In this document: positions 61,897-64,000 of the stretch, one piece after another
How positions within the stretch are numbered: position 1 is the first letter of the stretch
How the letters are laid out: each line of letters opens with the position of its first letter
From: Perkinsus olseni
Lineage: Eukaryota
Assembly: GCA_013115125.1 (NCBI GenBank)
Contig: JABANN010000003.1
Coordinates: forward strand, 62,001-126,000
Length of the DNA: 64,000 nt
Direction of reading: 5' to 3'
Notes under the pieces: model-generated
The model's database searches: none
What the model was told of the DNA's origin: nothing
Seen by the model: only the letters and a program-made list of their open reading frames with translations
Made by a program: the position numbers and the translations under genes

Positions 61897-64000
61897 ATGA
61901 CACAGAACGGAGTCCCTCGGCAAGACTCTTCTTCCTCATCGGAGCGATATGGAAATAGATGGTATGATTACCAAAATCAGCTGAAGAAGCGCTATGGACC
62001 CGGTGCAGACCTGCTGATCAGGATGGGTTACGTGAGACTCCTCTTGGCACCGTTCAGTGACGCTCACTCGTCCGAGCCCGTAGGTGCCTGATGCGAGAGA
62101 TCACACGGTTCATGCTAATCCAAATCATGGTCGTCGCGGACTAGGCTACTCCCCGGAAAGTCAAGAGGGTCCAGCCTTCCGACGAGGACATGGTCCCCGG
62201 GACGCAAATCGAGGTGGGTTGGAGGTCACGATTGACGGAGATCACGAGCGATGAGCTTTTTAGAAGAATTACAAGAATTGTTGGACAAGTGCCACTGGAA
62301 CATTGGCGAGGATCGTTTCACCCATGAAGAGCTTGCAGCCGTTCCATACGCTGAGGAGGAGCCCCTGACAACATTGAGCGACGACGAAGGGCTCCCGGTA
62401 CCCGAAGAGCTCGAAGACGCAGACTTCATAGCGATGAGAGTCCGGGGCTCCCGAGTCGCAGGAGAGAAGAAACGTAGGAGCATATTGAGCCTCGGATTTG
62501 GTCCACCCCTGTCATGCCAGGTGGTCGAGGGCTCGCCAATCGTAAGATGAAGAAGGCGGCGAAGCTGCAGAAAAAACTACTTGCGGTTGAGAAGAGAAAG
62601 GAGCGAAATAGCGCTGCTGTCAGTCCTCAAGCGCGAGTACGTCCCATTGATCCTTCTAAGTTATTCTTTGATGACCCAATCGGAGATTCATAACTTTCTC
62701 GGGGATTCACCTTTCGTTGTCAATCGAGCCACTGGTTATTCGAGCAAGCTCTTGGCAAGTGTCGCCGACCATGCCGCGCCGCAGAAGCAAATTCAGAGAA
62801 GCAATACTAGCTGCAACTATAGAACTACACGTGAGCTGTAGAACACTTCCCGGCGATGAGTCATATATGCACACAGGCTCGATGTCACGAAGTTGTTACA
62901 GTCGGACGCGCGAAACCCTCCCGAGTATCGCACCGACGAAGCGTTTGAGAGTCACGCTGGCTGGAGAAGGTATCTTGCGCGGTTCGCTGATAGTTGTACA
63001 CTGAGTTCAGGGGCTCGACTGAGAGAATCCTCGCTCCCGCTCGGCCGGAGTGCATCTCCGATGCGGGGGAGAAAAATACTTCGAGACGAGAGGAGACGTC
63101 GAAAGAACGAGCTGATAAGGAGTGTAAGTGCCGTGATGTTCTATACCCGTTGACGCGCCGCGCAGCTTCGAGTATCCGTGATCGGACACTGCGGACAAGC
63201 AGCCACTTGTTTCCAGGTCTGCAGATTTCTCCGCTCGGAGCTAGGCTTTGCGCTGCCGCACACCTTCTACAGCGAATGGTCGTGCAACCCCAGCCAGTCT
63301 CTAGTCTATCTCTACGTTAGCTGCAAGGATCGGGTCCAACAGCCTGAAGAATTCACAAAAGAAGCAGCATCTGGCAGGCCGTAAGCACACGTTTCCTCGA
63401 TCTCTCAGCTTTATCGCCCGTTCCTCCGCTGCCTCGTCTTTATGCTATCGTTGCGGCCCTGGGAACCATGAACTCCCCAACTTAGATATCGTGGGTTCGG
63501 TACTTCTACCACGGCTGCCCGTGCGGCAGAGGAGCACTGGAAATCCAAGAATTTCGATACTCTTGTTTACTACACGGTTGCCAGTCGCTCCTCCAAAATC
63601 ACTGACCGCCTTTTACAGTGAGTTTCTCCAATGACTCGAGCCTTGGAACCGTCTCCTCTCTTGGTAGATACGAGGACCCTGCGATCGTTTTCGTTGTTGC
63701 CCATGAAGCCCTTCATGTGGTTGAGTTCTTAGGTGATCTGGCTAATCTTACAGTGGTCAGGTTCACCTTCGCATGTCGCGAGTCAAGATTCCATACAAGT
63801 ATGAGGAGGCTCTGGCTGATTGGGTCGGATTGCAAGTCGTGCGGAGCTTCTCCAAACGTTACCGCGAGGTCGCCACGTTGAACGCGTTCAAGTTCACTCA
63901 CTCACCTGTGTGTAGATCTTTTTCACTACGGACGAGGCCGCGGAGTTCGCTCAGCGCATGGAGCGATTCCATGCACTCATATGTGAGGCCCTCAGTAAAG
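61897..64000 (+). CDS. Putative zinc metallopeptidase (HExxH...E) with G-patch-like N-terminus; runs off the right edge
   Basis: Spliced reading RFLRSELGF...RYRGF...AARAAEE...DRLLQY...VVAHEALH|VHLRMSRVKIPYKYEEALADWVG; N-terminal YGPGADLLIRMGY. Confidence 0.6.

Noticed and set aside
1-64000. tRNA, rRNA, CRISPR arrays or retroelements
   Set aside because: No cloverleaf, rRNA-like sequence, repeat-spacer array or RT/integrase motifs recognised by eye; small ncRNAs could have been missed.

Overview
Gene-dense eukaryotic nuclear DNA (about 50% GC) with many short (about 45-120 nt) GT-AG introns and intergenic gaps often of only 90-170 bp. The style suggests a Perkinsus-like alveolate; this is an inference, not verified. 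About 26 protein-coding genes: two tandem C69 dipeptidases, proteasome alpha-1, an RCC1+TBC RabGAP, an SR protein, a FLYWCH protein, an unusual NRPS-like enzyme, an intronless Lnt-like N-acyltransferase, Nup50, Nit2, a WRKY19-like repeat protein, a CCCH protein, DBP9, a membrane/PAS-like/RanBP2-ZnF protein, a P4-ATPase, xanthine dehydrogenase, a WD40 protein, a GAF-like protein, ADP-glucokinase, a mitochondrial carrier, a truncated HExxH metallopeptidase and several hypotheticals. The best candidate for a new system is the A-(membrane)-T-C NRPS-like gene next to the bacterial-type Lnt gene, a possible membrane lipo-amide biosynthesis module. No tRNA, rRNA, CRISPR array or intact transposon was recognised. 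Coordinates of spliced genes are start-to-stop spans read by eye.
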